Below the pieces are notes generated by a model, which saw nothing but the letters and a program-made list of their open reading frames with translations, was not told the origin of the DNA and searched no databases. A stretch of DNA of 64,000 nucleotides from the human T2T-CHM13v2.0 reference genome, Homo sapiens. Made by a program: the position numbers and the translations under genes. Below, piece by piece: positions 1 through 14,726 of this stretch; the first letter of the stretch is position 1, and the number at the start of each line of letters is the position of its first letter. The stretch is taken from assembly GCF_009914755.1 (NCBI RefSeq), contig NC_060946.1. One strand, 5' to 3'.

Positions 1-409
1 TAAATGGAACACAGGCTTCCTTCCTAGGTGACAGAGACTTTTCACCTTGATCTTTCCAATCTCCAGTAGACTTGGGTGACTTAGACATGCAAGTGGCCTT
101 TGGGTTGCTTTCAAGCTGCTACCAAAGAGAATGCCGCCATCCAATAAAGGATGGATTTAGAGAAAGGGGTAAATGGGCAATCTGTGTAGCTTCCTTTACT
201 TGCATGGAATTCCTAGGCAACCCTGGCATGGTCGTCTCTCTCTGTGGATTCTCTAGAGGGCTTTGGTGACACCAGATCTCCCTGAAGATTTGACCAAACT
301 TATAGATGGACTGGGGCAAAAGGAGAAGCTACTGGTCTACCTAGGGTTTTCTTAACTCATGCAATTATCCATCTCTTTGCTCTTTGAGACTACAAATGTG
401 TACAAATCA

Positions 410-640
410 GACACAACTGAGTTCAAATCTTGGCTTCCACTGGGCAAGTTATTTAATCATGCTGAGCCTCTGGTTTTGCTTCTGTGAAACAGAGGTGATC
501 AGAATGATGACAATTATCATGATGATGACAATGAGGCTAGTCTTAAAGGCTTAGCAAGGCTCTGGCCAATATCTAATGGATAATACATGTAAAAGTACTT
601 CAGAAAGTCCATAAAGCTATATAAATGTTGATTGTCACTG
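410..640 (+). mobile_element. MIR SINE fragment
   Basis: gagttcaaatcttggcttccac..gggcaagttatttaatc..tgagcctc..tctgtgaaa matches the MIR core. Confidence 0.7.
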
Positions 641-769
641 AGATTATCCAAAGACTGTAAGCTTAGATTCAGGGATTCCTTTGAAAACTTGTGGTATGGA
701 CAGTCATTGCAAGAGCACAGATGTTCAGAGAGACAATGGGGACAACAAGCATAAAATAAAACCAGGAAG

Positions 770-1060
770 TATCTTGGTTAGTTTATGCTGATATGATACC
801 AGCATATACACAGACTGGGTAATTTATAAATAATAGAAATCTGCTTCTCACAGTTCTAGATGCTGGCATTGGCAGGTTTGGTGTCTGGTGAGGGCTGTTC
901 TCTGCTTCCGGGATGGTGCCTGTTGTTGCATCTTCCAGAGAGGATGAACACTGTGGCCTCACATAGCAATAGACAGAATGGCCAACAGGGCCTCGCTAGT
1001 TCCCTGGAGCCCTTTTATAAGGGCTCTGATCCCATTCATGGGGGAAGAATCCTTGTGACA
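770..1060 (-). mobile_element. MaLR LTR (MSTC/MSTD-like) fragment
   Basis: agactgggtaatttataaa..tctcacagttct..ggtgtctggtgagggctg..ttttataagggc..atcccattcatg resemble the MST/MLT1A LTR in reverse orientation. Confidence 0.8.
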
Positions 1061-1099
1061 TTTCCTTTAGGACCTGTGAAGCTGAGACTGCTCCCGGTA

Positions 1100-1290
1100 G
1101 ACATTCCCACCTCCTCCTGTCTTTAATAACAAAATCTTCACATTAGCTGGAGATGTGGCCACCTGGAATATACTGCAATTCTCTGCCTCCCTTGTGGTTG
1201 GATGTGGCCATGTGGCATGTTCTGGCCAATGGGAAGCTGGTGGGAATGTTCCCAGTAACTTGGAGAGACAACTGGATAAGCAGAGTCATT
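1100..1290 (+). mobile_element. ERVL LTR fragment (LTR16/LTR33-like)
   Basis: gcctcccttgtggttggatgtggccatgtggcatgttctggccaatggga motif. Confidence 0.6.
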
Positions 1291-2489
1291 GGAAACGTCA
1301 TGACACATACAGCTTACTAAGGACAAGTCAGAGATTATCAGCTCTGGACAGGTCTCTAAAATAATCTTCTGCCCATTGAGAAGATGAGAAAATTGAGGCC
1401 TAAAGAATGGAAAAGGATGGTCCAAATCACTTACAAATTAGCAATGGAGAAAATTAGCCCATTACCAATCACCAACCAACCTTTTGCACCAATTACTGAG
1501 TTAAAGCCTATGGCGCAAAAATGAAGAACCATACCCAGCGCTCAAAGAACCCAGGGCCTGTTGCTTAGTAGGGACTGAACACAGCTCCCAACTTCCAGCT
1601 ACTGTTTACCTTCTGGGCTAATCTTTAGTCTGTTTTTTTCAGAATAGAAAGCCTGGGAGGGAAAGGTTTTTCTGAGAACTGATTTAACTTGTATCTATTC
1701 ATCCGAGAGAAAACCCAGAGTTTGATGATGTTGGGAGCCACTTTATACAAAATGACAACTTAAAGGAGAGGCAAAAGTAATCTCTTTAATTGCATTGGTT
1801 CAATTTGTCTACCTGATGCTTTTGGGGAGAGATTAATTTAATTGATTCTCTCATATGTGAAGTTCCATTACCTCTCGATGCTTCCAGGGCATATTTATGC
1901 AGCAAAACTTAAGCAAAGAGAAGTACATCCAGGACTAGAGGCAAGGATTCATTTCAGACTGTCAGTGCAGCTTTTTAGCAGTTTGGTGAATTCCCTTCTC
2001 CTAAGTTATACTCTCAGCAAATGGGTAGAGTCCTCTTTCAGCATGACAAGACTGGAAGTTGTAGATTCAGTTCTACAAGACTTGAGGCCGAACTAAACAA
2101 ATGAAGAGGAGGAAAGGGAGCTGACAGCTCTAGAGCACCTCCCATGGCCAGTGAGTCTCATACATCTCATATTCACCACCTTACATCTGTGTTTATCAGG
2201 AGTAAGGTGCTTGGCTGAGCATTTCACATGAGTTGGCCCGTTTAAATCTCACAACAGCCCTCCAACTTGATACTGTTATTTTACAGGTGAGGCACTGAGA
2301 CTACGTAGTTAAGCTACTGAGCAAAGATCACACCAATAGGAAATGGTGGGGATGGGACTGGAATGTAGCACTGCTTCCCAAGCATTCCTGAATTCCCCTC
2401 CTTCCTTCTCCCTGCCTCAAACAACTTCCTCCTTCTAATGTATATATTTCCTTTTAACTTCCCTTCTTTCTTCCAGTATTGAACTTTGG

Positions 2490-2600
2490 AAGTGTGTGTA
2501 TGATGGTGTGTGTATATGTTTGTGTGCGTGTATGTGTTTGCATGTATGTGTATGTGTGTGTATGCATGTGCATGCCTGTGTATGTGTGTTTGTGTGCATA
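2490..2600. repeat. degenerate (TG)n/(TATG)n microsatellite
   Basis: gtgtgtatgatggtgtgtgtatatgtttgtgtgcgtgtatgtg... Confidence 0.9.
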
Positions 2601-3369
2601 TGATCCATCCTTTCAGTAATTTTTTTTGAGCACTGACTATGCACCAGGCTTGGTGGTTGGTGCAAGAGACACCGCTTCTGCTTTCAAGGGGTGCACAGGC
2701 TGACAGCAAGTCCTTCTTTCTTCAGTCCCACCTCAAGTTAGTGGACAGGACTTGTGGAATCCCCACCAGCCACCTCCTTCCCAGTATCACCTTCCTGGGC
2801 TGAGATCTCACTATTTCTGAGCTACTGGAGTCCCTATGTGAGAAGGGGTGGAAGGAGATGAGGAACGCAATGTGGTGCAGTGGGCATAGCCCAGGCTTTG
2901 GTCTCAGTTAATATGACTTGGAAAGCCAGCTTGGCCACTGCTCCCAGTGTGCCATCAGCCTTCTCAGCCTCCAGCCAGTTGCTGGATTTGTCATTTTAAA
3001 GGACTTCTCTCATCATGCCTATCCCCTGATTAAACATACTCTGTGCCTCTGTCCAGTTCCAGCTTTCATCCTGGGGTTCTGGGTAACATATCTAACCTCA
3101 CTCCTACAATCGCTCTCTGCTTGAACCACGTGGATGACTCACTATCCCCCAAACACATTCCCCACCTCTCAGCCTTTGTTCAAGCTGGACCTTCCATATG
3201 ACTTACCTCCTCCAGTCAAAACCCCAACCAGTCAAAACCCCATGCAGAATCCCAGCCCAATCCAAAGACTCCTCCGGTTCCCCCAACAGGGCTGGTTCCC
3301 CCAACAGGCCTTCTTGAAGCCTTATGGGTCCTTGCACTCTTTTTCCTATGTCATCTAGGTTTTGCTCCT

Positions 3370-3500
3370 CAGTGAACTTGTCTTTTCTCTCAGCTGAACT
3401 GTAAGCTCTTCAGAGAGAGCATGTTTTATGCAGCTCAGAGCCCGAGCCTCTGGCAGAGACTGGCATACAGTAGACACTCAATAAAAGTTAACGTAATTGA
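3370..3500 (+). mobile_element. L2 3' end
   Basis: actgtaagctctt..ctggcatacagtagacactcaataaaagtt. Confidence 0.75.
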
Positions 3501-3503
3501 TTA

Positions 3504-4135
<632 letters not shown>

Positions 4136-4172
4136 TATTTTATTATTTTTCTAAAAGGAAGGCAACAGCTGA

Positions 4173-4492
<320 letters not shown>

Positions 4493-5869
4493 AAGTCAGA
4501 TTTTTTTATTCTCTCTCATGCCTGCATCTATCTGCACATACATTCCTTTAAACAAATGGTTAAATCTCTGAATCGTGTAAAAGCAGAATCTATTGCTAGA
4601 TGATCCCATAGGAAAATGAAAAGGTCACTTCCCCATCCTCCTGAGCCACAGGAAGGTACAGCTGAAGCAGCACAAAGGTTCTCATGGGTCTTCATAAATT
4701 CATGATGGCACATTCCCTAATAGACAGTGAAGGAGGCACGGGTTGTCTATGGAATGTTCCTAACCCTTGAGATTGATGGATGAGAGGGCTACCCAGCTTC
4801 CTCCCCAAAACTCTCCCTTGAGGACACTGTCAGGCACAGAATCCTAAGCTAGAGCGACAGGAAGGTGACAGGGGTTAACTCTGATATTCTTTTTTCAGTA
4901 AACAATTCATCAATTTTATGTCTTACTTTTTTTCAGATGAGGTTAGTGGCAGAGGGGAGGGAGAATTTAATGATGATGTGGGTGGAAGGGCAGGTCTGCT
5001 ATTCAATCACAACCACACAAAAATAGAGGAAACCTTTAGAAGAATGATCAGCCCCTGGATGATTTAGAGTATTCTCCACTAACTGTAGTATCGAGCTTGC
5101 ATAGGACGAGTCATTAGTCATCATTAACTAAAGTTCAAAAGAAATAATTTAATACCTTAACACTGGGCTGCAATAATTTTTCCTAATTGTAATATTTAGA
5201 GAGCACTATTTAGTTTTCAAATTTGTAACAAAGTTTCCATATATTGCAGACCACTTTTATTTTTCTGCTTACACCACTGAGGACAGATTATCATTGCAGC
5301 TCCCACTGGTGGAGCAATTCCTAGAGTTGCTTTGGTGAGAAGCAGCTCCACTGCAAATCTGTGCCTGCAACTTAGAGCTTCTGCCTTTGTGTTTCATTCA
5401 TGAATCATCAGGGTGTCAGTGTCTAGAACATCTCTCTAGGTCCTAGAACACTGTGGAGTACAAAAGTGTGGCTCCTTAGACATTTGTTGAAATGAAGCTG
5501 TCAGTTGCAAGTTGCTCACTTTCATCTCTGTGCCATGCACCTTTGACTGGAATGTCCTTAGCCCTCTCTGGACCCCTCCAGATTGAGTTAGATGAGGCCT
5601 TTTTGCTCTCTGCATCCCAGATATGTTCCTTCACGTATAGCACCATTGGGCATGTTGTGATTGTTAACTAATAGCTCTATCCCCCTAGCCTCTGAGCTCT
5701 CTGAGATGAGGGTTGTTTATTGTTCACATCTTTGGCAAGCAGCAAATATATAGAAGGTGTAGGTACAAGCTTCTTGAATGGATGAGTCAATTCATTTGGA
5801 TTTATCATTTGTCACATTTCTTTCCTCTCTGAGCCTAGTCTTCCTATATAAAATAAGGATGTAACAATC

Positions 5870-6085
5870 ACAGGAACACTTACTAAGCACATGCTGTATG
5901 CCAGGCATCATCTTCTCATTTAAGTCTTACAACAACTCTAGAATATGGACACTTTATTACTCCATGCTACAGTTAAAAAAAACTGACGTTCAGAGAGGTG
6001 TTGGACACGACCAGGGTCCCACAGTTAACCAGGTTTGGAACCCTGGTATGTTTCACTCAAGAGCTCAAGACCTGAACCATCATAT
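5870..6085 (-). mobile_element. MIR
   Basis: acttactaagcacatgctgtatgccaggca..aaactgacgttcagagaggt..ggtttggaaccc. Confidence 0.75.
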
Positions 6086-6434
6086 GGACCTCTAAGTGAG
6101 GTGCAGAAAGGGTTATTTTGAACAATGTAGACCCCTTAAGAGCTGAAGAAGAGTAGGAGCAGAGAGAGGGAGAGGGTAAGGTGATGTTTCAACTTTTATT
6201 TCTGGTAATTTGCCCTACATTTGATGAGGCAAGAGGGTTGTTACTGCCATGGCTTTGAATGGGGGAGAAAGCTTCCGAAATGCTTCCCCAAGTGTTTCAA
6301 ATCTCCAGACACCCTAATTCTAGAACTTACTCTGCAATTCTAGTACCCACTCCTCTGTGACCTCAGGAAAGTACTCTTCCATTCCTACATCTTATTGCTT
6401 TCTCATGTGTACTATGAAAATTTGATTAGATACT

Positions 6435-7090
6435 GCCATTCAATACATAGTTCTTGAGTATCTACAATGTGCCAGGTACTAGAGTCATAGAAAGGTACAA
6501 TACAGACATGGTCCCTCTTGGGACTCTTAATCCATATGGGAAGTCAGTCATGACACAGATGATCATACACATAATTACTAACTACTATTGTGATGGGTGC
6601 TTGAAAATAACAGTATAGAGGGCTTTAAAATAATAGCCATACCACAAATATAGCACTTACTACATGCTAGTCATCGTTCTAGGCACTTTACATCCATTAG
6701 CTCAATATATAATCAAATTGAATTATGAAACAGATATTACAAATATCACCCCATTTTACAGATAAGGAAGCTGAGGCTAGAAGAGGTTAAGGAGTTTTCC
6801 CAACATCACACAGCTATAAGTGGTATAACTTAAATCCAGGCATTCTGATGCCAGAGCCTTTGTTCTTAACTACCAAGATCTATTGCTGTGAGAGTATCTA
6901 ATATCCATTTCTAATCTAGTCTGGAAGTTTGGTAAGGCTTCCTTTTTTTTCTGAGAGTGGACAGAGGTGAAGCAGTTTCCTAGGTGGAGAGCAGGTCGAA
7001 GAGTGTTCTGCCAGAGGGAACGCTATATGGGAAGGCTCCAGGCAGGTTGGAGCTCATCACATTTGCCAAAGACAGGAGCAGATATGCTCT
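6435..7090 (-). mobile_element. L2 fragment interrupted by a MIR (about 6640-6880)
   Basis: cattcaatacatagttcttgagtatctacaatgtgccagg (L2 tail in reverse); cccattttacagataaggaagctgaggc (MIR core in reverse). Confidence 0.7.
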
Positions 7091-7812
7091 AATGAGCTGG
7101 ATCCATTTTCTGGACCTTCTGACAGCTTTTTCAAGAAACTTCACAGCAATCTGTGCAGTGGTTCTGTTCACTGCCCCTGCCCAGCTCTATCTCTCTTTCT
7201 GATAAAAGACCTCACTTCAAACCTATGTGACATGTGCCAGCCAGAAGCCCACTTGGCTTGTCATGTGAACAGACCCATGTCAGGTAATCAAGAGATAACT
7301 GAACCACCAGATCTGGTTCCCTTTCATCCTTGTTTTCCCATTCATTATTCCTTTCCATTGGTATAACTGGCAAATAAATCTCAATGTCAAATTTAAAGAG
7401 AAGAGAAACTCGCTTTATGTGGCAGATTTCACTGCCTCTTACTTGTTCAAGAATAGGGATGCCTGTCTTTGGTACAGTCCATCAACTTAAACACTGCCAA
7501 TTACCAACGCCTTCCTGGCATTCAAGGCCCTTTCAAGTCTGGTGACTTTTTACTCTCCAAGATTATCTTCAGTGACGTACATGCATCAGGATGGTCTTCT
7601 CATTGCCAGTGAGTAGACATCAGTTGTTACTAGTTCTGAATTCCTCACCTAAAATGTGCTCCCCACTCCTCTTCTCCTCCTTTGTGTTTCAGCTCACAAC
7701 TGACCTTCTTCCTCAGGTTTACCTTAATTGCTTATCTCACAAAGCCTTGCTTCAATTCAGTTTTGCAAAGCTTTCTAACTACACCATGCCTGTAACTCTT
7801 TTATCCCTAAAC

Positions 7813-7975
7813 TGCTGTTTCTGTAAGTGTGAGTCCTGGACCACCTACATCAGAATCACCCAGGGCAACTATTAAAAATGTGGTTTCTGATTCTCCATCT
7901 TAACCTCTCCGCAGCAAAATCTCGGTGGTGGGGGATGGGGAAAGGGAAGGCTGAAATTGGCATTTTAGCAACTCC
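7813..7975. mobile_element. MER5B-like hAT-Charlie MITE
   Basis: gtcctggaccacctacatcagaatcacc..ttaaaaatgtggtttctg..ggcattttagcaactcc. Confidence 0.7.
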
Positions 7976-8659
7976 TCCAATCCAATCACACTGCTCTAAC
8001 TAAATTTCTTTATTCTTGAATTAATTGTAATTCTCCCGAGAGTCTCTTCAAGAATCAATTTAGCAGAATCTCTTCCTCCTCAAGAGAATGAATCTTTTTT
8101 TTCTTTTCAAGCATTTCCCAGTGACTAGCTAGTAGTCTGTGTAATGATTTGAGATACCAACGCTGTCCAGGCCACCATTCCCACTCATGGGAACCATCAT
8201 GTCAGAACTTCCCAGTCCCTCCAGGTGTCCAGTTTATGCTCTGGAACTCATCCTTCACCCTCCTGTTACAGTGATCTTCCCCTAAAAGAGCCTGCAATGT
8301 GTCACTCTCAGCATCCAATAACTTGGCCTCTCCTATAGAATAAATGTGCAACTCCTTCACTCTACAAACATAACCCTTCACAACTCTGCCATATCATAAA
8401 TTTCCAGGCTTATTCCCACCACTCTAGGCAATGCTTCACTACCTGTCTTTGCAAATACTTTTAGTACAATCTGGAATAACCTCTTCATTCTACTCCCTTT
8501 GAAAATTACTGCTTGCCCTTGAGGGCCCAACCCCAATCGTCCCTTTTCTGAGAAAATGTCCAGAACCACCTCCTTTACCCCCAAATCCTGCTCCAGAGAA
8601 GTGACAGCACCTCACCCCCTATGATCCAAGAGTTCTGCATAGTATATAATTTTTAAAAC

Positions 8660-8880
8660 ATTGAATTAAGTGCTTACTATATGCCAGCCACTTTGTTACA
8701 TCCTTTGCATGTCTTATCTTAACTACCTTTCAAAACTCCCATGCAGTAGATACCATCCCCATTTTGAAAATAAGGAAACTAAAACCCAGAAAGGTAACAT
8801 TCCTTGTCCAAGGTTACACAGCTAATGAGATGAAGAGCCAGGATTCAAAACCACAGCCATCTGATTAACACTAAACTGCT
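8660..8880 (-). mobile_element. MIR
   Basis: aagtgcttactatatgccag..cccattttgaaaataaggaaactaaa..ccaggattcaaaacc. Confidence 0.75.
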
Positions 8881-9559
8881 GCCAATAACATGAGCGACCT
8901 AAAAATCCCAAAAAGCACAGAATGGCCCTTGTCTGTGACGAAACAGTGAGATGGTCTAGACATCCATAATATATTACCTCTAGCGTAGATAATCACAGTA
9001 TCCTAGGAAATAAAAAAACAGCACCCATTTGAGTTGCTGTCACATAACCTAGAGAAACTTGTTTTAAATTAAATTATCAGAGAAAGTTAGATGAACTCAG
9101 AGTAACTGAGCTATCTCTTTCTGGACAGAAAATTCAAAATGGCATTGAAGTATTGGACTTAAAGCTAATCTTCTAGGCCTGATGAAGCCACAGTGATTTA
9201 TTTTGAAAGCTCCAGGGACAATTTATTTCTAATAGAGATCTCTGGAATAACCCAGTGTTTTGTGAACCTCGACAACGCTTATTTTCTTCTTAATGCATCT
9301 AAAATTTTGTTTAAAGCAAAAAGCATAAATTCAATATTAGCTTTACTAGGGGTTGGCATATAGGGTCACTCTTGCCAAAGGTAGACGTTGGGACAGTTAT
9401 TTTTCTCTTATGGTGCTCTTTTTCTGTTTTGTTTTGTTTTGTTTTCAAGTCACTTGCACCCACTATAATTGTTAGGAGATAACTGGGAAGGAGAAGGCAC
9501 CACAGTATTCCATTCATCTTGCTTTGACACCACAAGGCATGGTAACCACCTTAGTTAGA

Positions 9560-9790
9560 GGCAGGATGCTGTAAAATGATTGTAAGCTTTGCAGGGAGAC
9601 CTCATATATTGGCTTTATCAATTGTTGCTTCATCACCTGAAGCAAGACATTTAGCTTCCCTGACCCTCAATTTCTTCATCAATGAAATCAAATATTTATC
9701 TTACAAAGTTGTTATCAGGATCAGATGAAATAATTCACGTAAAGTACCTGGCACATCATAAGTCCTTAACAAATGTTAGCTATCATCATA
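9560..9790 (+). mobile_element. MIR
   Basis: ccctcaatttcttcatc..gttgttatcaggatcagatgaaataat..cctggcacatcataagt. Confidence 0.7.
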
Positions 9791-10124
9791 ACAACACTTA
9801 AGGTGTTTATTGATATGGGTGGATTTAAATCTTCCATCTTAGTATTTTTTTCTATTTGCCCTTCTGTTTTTCTTCCTCTATTCCTCCTTTCCAGTCTTTT
9901 TTCAAATTATTCTAATATTTTAGAATTACATTTTAATTTACCTGTTGGTTTTTTTGCTATACATTTTTGCATTTTGGGTGGTTGTTCTAGGAATTACATT
10001 ATATATCCTTAACTTTTCATATTCTACTTAAGGTTACCACTTTACATGAAATTTAGAAACCTTGCAATTATTGACCCTTTGACCCCTCATCCACCATCCT
10101 TTATGCTGTGGTCGCTGTGTGTAA

Positions 10125-10491
<367 letters not shown>

Positions 10492-11124
10492 ATATTCATG
10501 TGTATTTTAAGGAAACTGAGACAAAACATTAGTTGGTTATTTACATTGACTCACATACTGACAACTTCCAATGCTCCTGATTTTTCCTGAAGAACTTAAT
10601 TTCTATTTGGTGTCATTTTCCTTCAGCCTAAAGAATTTCCTTTAGCTTTTCTGGGTGATAGATTTTCTTAGTTACTTTTATCTGAATATGCCGTTAGTTT
10701 ACTTTTCATTCTTGAAAGCTATTTTACCTTGGTATAGAAATCTATTTTGAAAAATATTTTCTCTTTTAAAACTTTAAAGCTATTAGTTCTTGGCTTCTGG
10801 CTTCCATAATTTATGATGAGAAATCTATGAGGTTTCAACTTATCATGCATATGCATACAATATGTACACAGTTTCAAATACATCCTGTATATGATATGTT
10901 TGTTTTCTTTAGATGTTTTCAATATTTTCTCTTTATTTTAGGTTTTTAGTAGTTTGACTATGACATACATAGTCATAGTTTTCTTCATATTTATCCTGCT
11001 GGAGTTGGCTAACTCCTTGATTCTGTAAATGTATGTTTTTCATCAAATTTGAGAATTTTTCAACTATTATATATTTAAACATGTTTACTGCCCCATTCTG
11101 TTTTTTTCTACTTCTTGACTCTCT

Positions 11125-11127
<3 letters not shown>

Positions 11128-11178
<51 letters not shown>
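11128..11178. repeat. (TG)n microsatellite, about 25 units, preceded by (CT)n
   Basis: Direct reading. Confidence 0.97.
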
Positions 11179-11181
<3 letters not shown>

Positions 11182-11699
11182 GTTTTGATATTTCCCGCAA
11201 ATCCCTGGGTTTTATTCTTCTTAATCTTTTTTCTTTATTTTCTTCAGATTGAATAATTTCTGTTGACCTATCTTCGAGTTTATTTACACTTTCCTCTGTC
11301 ATCATTCTGTTTTTAAGCTCCATCAGTGAATATTTAATTTTAGATATAGTTTTCAATTCCAGAGTTTTTATACTTTTTACTTCATTACTGATACTTTCTA
11401 TCTTTTCATTGATTTCAACTATGTCTTCTTTTAGTTTATTAGGCTTAGTTATAGTTACTTCCTTGACATCTTGGTCTCATAATTTCAACATCTAGATCAT
11501 CATGGAGTGGGTCTTAGTTGATGTCTTGTTTCCTGAGCCTGTGTCAAATTTCCCTGATTCTTCATATGTCAAGGTATTCAGGGTTGTAACCCATATGCTG
11601 CCAATACTTTATTGTAGAAACTTTAGATTTGGTTACATTTCTTTGAAGAGTGTTGATATTTTTGTTTCAGTTGGCAATTGATTTAGTTGGGCTCTAGCA

Positions 11700-12310
11700 A
11701 ATGGATGGATGAAAAGGAGAGGGAAGGAAGGAAGGATATATGGATGGATGGATGGATGGATGGATGGATGGCAGGGAGGAAGGAAAAAAGAAAGAGGAAA
11801 GAGGAAGTCAAGGAAGGAGGGAGGGAGGAGAGAAGGAAGGAAGAAAGATGGATAGATGGTAGGAAAAAAGGAAAGAAGGAGGGAGGAGGGAAGAAAGGAA
11901 GAAGTAAGGTAGGAAGAAAAAAGATGGATATATGGATGGAGAGATAGATGACAGGAAGGGAAGGAAAAAAGAAAGAGGAAGGAGGAAGGGGAGGAAGGAA
12001 GGAGAGAGGGAGAGAGGAGAGAAGGAAGGAAGCGAGGGAGGGAGGGAAGAAGGAGGAAGGAACAAAGATGAATAGATGGATAGATGGAAGAAAGGAAAAA
12101 AGTAGGAGGAAGGAAGGAATGAAGGAAAGAAGGGAGAGAGGAAGGAAGGAAAGAAGGGAGAGAGGAAGGAAGGAAAGAAGGGAGAGAGGAAGGAAGGAAA
12201 GAAGGAGGAAATATGGATATATGCATGAATGGATGGCAAGAAGGAAGTAAAAAGGGAGAGAGGGAGGGAGGAAGGAAGGAAGGGAGGAAGGAAGGAAGAA
12301 GGATGGGTCA
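11700..12310. repeat. Purine-rich (GGAA/GGGA/GGAT)n low-complexity tract
   Basis: About 600 bp, almost all A/G; contains a 24-bp unit x3.5 at 12122-12205. Confidence 0.95.
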
Positions 12311-13044
12311 ATGAAAAAAAATATGTATTATGAAGCTGTAAATACCATGCATTATGTTAGCAAAAAATATCATTTGTTTGTGAACCAAGGTGAGGAATTG
12401 GGAGGATGACACTTAGTCCAACCACCTGGGAAGCCTCTCAGTAGAGATGAACCATGGCCCTCCCCCTGCCCTTCAGGCCAGTGCACATACCACATCTTCA
12501 CATTGGTTCTGATCTGAGACCATCAGGTGGAGTTCTGTTGGGGGAAAGACAAAGCAACAATAAAAGCAAAAGAAAACTTTTCGGTGAACTAATCAAAAGC
12601 CTTAATCAATTCTCCCTGTTTCCTTCTCTGCCCCCAGAGAGGAGGGAAGGCTCACATGCACAATGAGCTCATTTTCCTGAGTGGGTTCTAATAAAGGACA
12701 GAACATTAGGTTTTTCTCTTTAAGGGAACATAACGCTCCTTTTAGAATTCATTGGGATATTTTGGAACACAAATAACAACAGTGGAAGGCACTCGTGTGG
12801 TGATAATTTAATGTAATTCCGATGTCAGTGACACGCCACAGTGGCCTAGTCAGCTTCCCTGGGGGCGGTTTCTTTTGTGTTTTGCCTGGGAGAGTGAGTG
12901 CGCGGACATTCATATACCAGCCTGGCAGCCCCGTGCACATTTCCTCTTTTCTCATCTCCATTCTCAGAATGGTTTTTTTATTATAATCCAAAGGACTCCT
13001 AGGGAGACAAAAGAAGTTGGAGATTTTTCCAAACTCCTAATCAG

Positions 13045-13375
13045 AAGAGAGTCCACAAGCCAAAACTAGCCCACATGCATTTTCGGGTTTGGCCTGGAAA
13101 TATTTTGTAACACTTTAAAGGATTTGTTCCAACATTTAAAATAGAAGACTTTGCATGGCAATTCCAATGTCAGGCATCCCTAGAAAAATCAGAAGAGTTG
13201 GCAACCTGGGACTCACCCTCCTGCACTCCAACAATTGGCTGGGGTAGAGTAGCAGTAGCCTGCCCCTTAATTTGGCCTGCCACGTTCTCTTATATACTAT
13301 GGACCTATCAGCTCCACTTCACTCATCCGCATTTTTTGCCAGCCTTTGTGGGCATCTGACCCTGCCAATCCTGCC
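13045..13375 (+). mobile_element. MER102-like hAT DNA transposon
   Basis: ccaacatttaaaa..gaaaaatcagaagagttggcaacctggg..caacaattggctggggtagagtagcag..ttcactcat. Confidence 0.75.
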
Positions 13376-13980
13376 CTTAAGCTTTGGAAGCCTCAAGCCC
13401 TGGTCTTCTCCACAGACTAGCCTAGGTCTCTCTATTTCTTGAAGAAGAGAGCTCTGGGAGCCAACCGGGTCTGTACTGTTGTGATGGAAATTTCCACCCA
13501 ATGAAAGGAAGAACTAGTTCAAGATTTCCCTTTTCTCTTTCAAAAGGTTTTGCTGTAGTACACTTTCAGTCCTGCCGTTTAGTTGATGCAGTTTGTTGGA
13601 ATGACATTGGGCTGCTAATGGTGTTGGCCAAACTCTTTGCCATTTCACTGAAGATCAGTGTCATCCAGAAGCAAGGCTATGGAGAAGAAGCAACCCAACC
13701 ACCCACCTCAGGTCCTAGGCCCAGAATATAAGTTCTAAAGGAAGGTAGATCCAGCTCTGCCCACCTGCCCACACTGCTACTCCATTTTATATGCAACTGG
13801 AGCTGCAACAATAGCTCTACAGAGCGTTAGGCTCAAAAGATACCTTACAAATAATTCAGTCCAGTGTTTTTTTCCATCAGGAGCCAATAGAAATCAAGAA
13901 AGTGATGGTCAGGCCAGATGGCTTTAGAGCCTCCCATCCCATTCAAGCATCATCAGATATTTGTTAATAGCCCATTTTGT

Positions 13981-14160
13981 AGCCAGGTGTGGTGGCTCAC
14001 ACCTGTAATCCCAGCTACTCAGCAGGGTGAGGTGAGAGGATCACTTGAGGCCAAGAGTTTCAGACCAGCCTGGGCAACATAGCCAGACCTCGTCTCTAAA
14101 AAAAAAAAAAAAAAAAAAAAAAAATTTAAATTAAATAAAAATAAAAATTAAAAAAATTAA
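13981..14160 (+). mobile_element. FLAM / left-arm Alu monomer with long A tail
   Basis: Single monomer ending gacctcgtctct followed by poly(A). Confidence 0.88.
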
Positions 14161-14579
14161 AGAGACTGTTTGTGACAAGCAGAATGGTAAGCAAAGGTAG
14201 ACAAAATTCATGCCCACCCAAAATAAATCAAATATAAATGAGGAGAGGAATATGGGGGCCATTCATTTGCATAACAGGGATTTCAGCTAGACCTGATGGC
14301 TGGGAAAGATTTCCCAGTGAAATAATAAAATGTGACGGACAAGTGGAAGCTAACTAGGTGAAGGGGAGCAAGGACAGACTATTCCAAAGAGGATGGCAGA
14401 TTTCAGAGGCCTGGGATGAGAGGGAACACGCAGAGTTTAAGGAATTAGAAGCGGGTCAATGGGCGGAGATGAGACAGGGAAATGGGGAAATTTCAGACCA
14501 CACATGGCCTTTCAGATCATGGCACGGGGCCTGGTCTTTATCATAAACAGAATGTAAAGGTTTTACAGTCCCATGAAGT

Positions 14580-14685
14580 TTCAGCCAGGAAACTCCATTT
14601 TTATCTTCTTTCTATGTTGAGATTCATGATATGTTCTCATTGGAATAAAAGATTCTATAGCTAAAATGAGTTGGAAACCCCATTG
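14580..14685 (+). mobile_element. MER117-like hAT fragment (possible 5' part at about 13860-13950)
   Basis: ttttatcttctttctatgttgag..aaaagattctatagctaaaatgagttggaaacc. Confidence 0.5.
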
Positions 14686-14726
14686 CTCCAAGCAATACTT
14701 CAAGACAAAGGACTTTTTTAAAAAAA

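Noticed and set aside
3276-3311. 18-bp x2 repeat (similar small duplications at 22806-22845 and 37920-37968)
   Set aside because: Ordinary slippage duplications with no spacer structure; not CRISPR-like.
11633-12311. Long ORFs of 197, 167 and 100 aa
   Set aside because: Translations of the GGAA/GA low-complexity tract, not genes.
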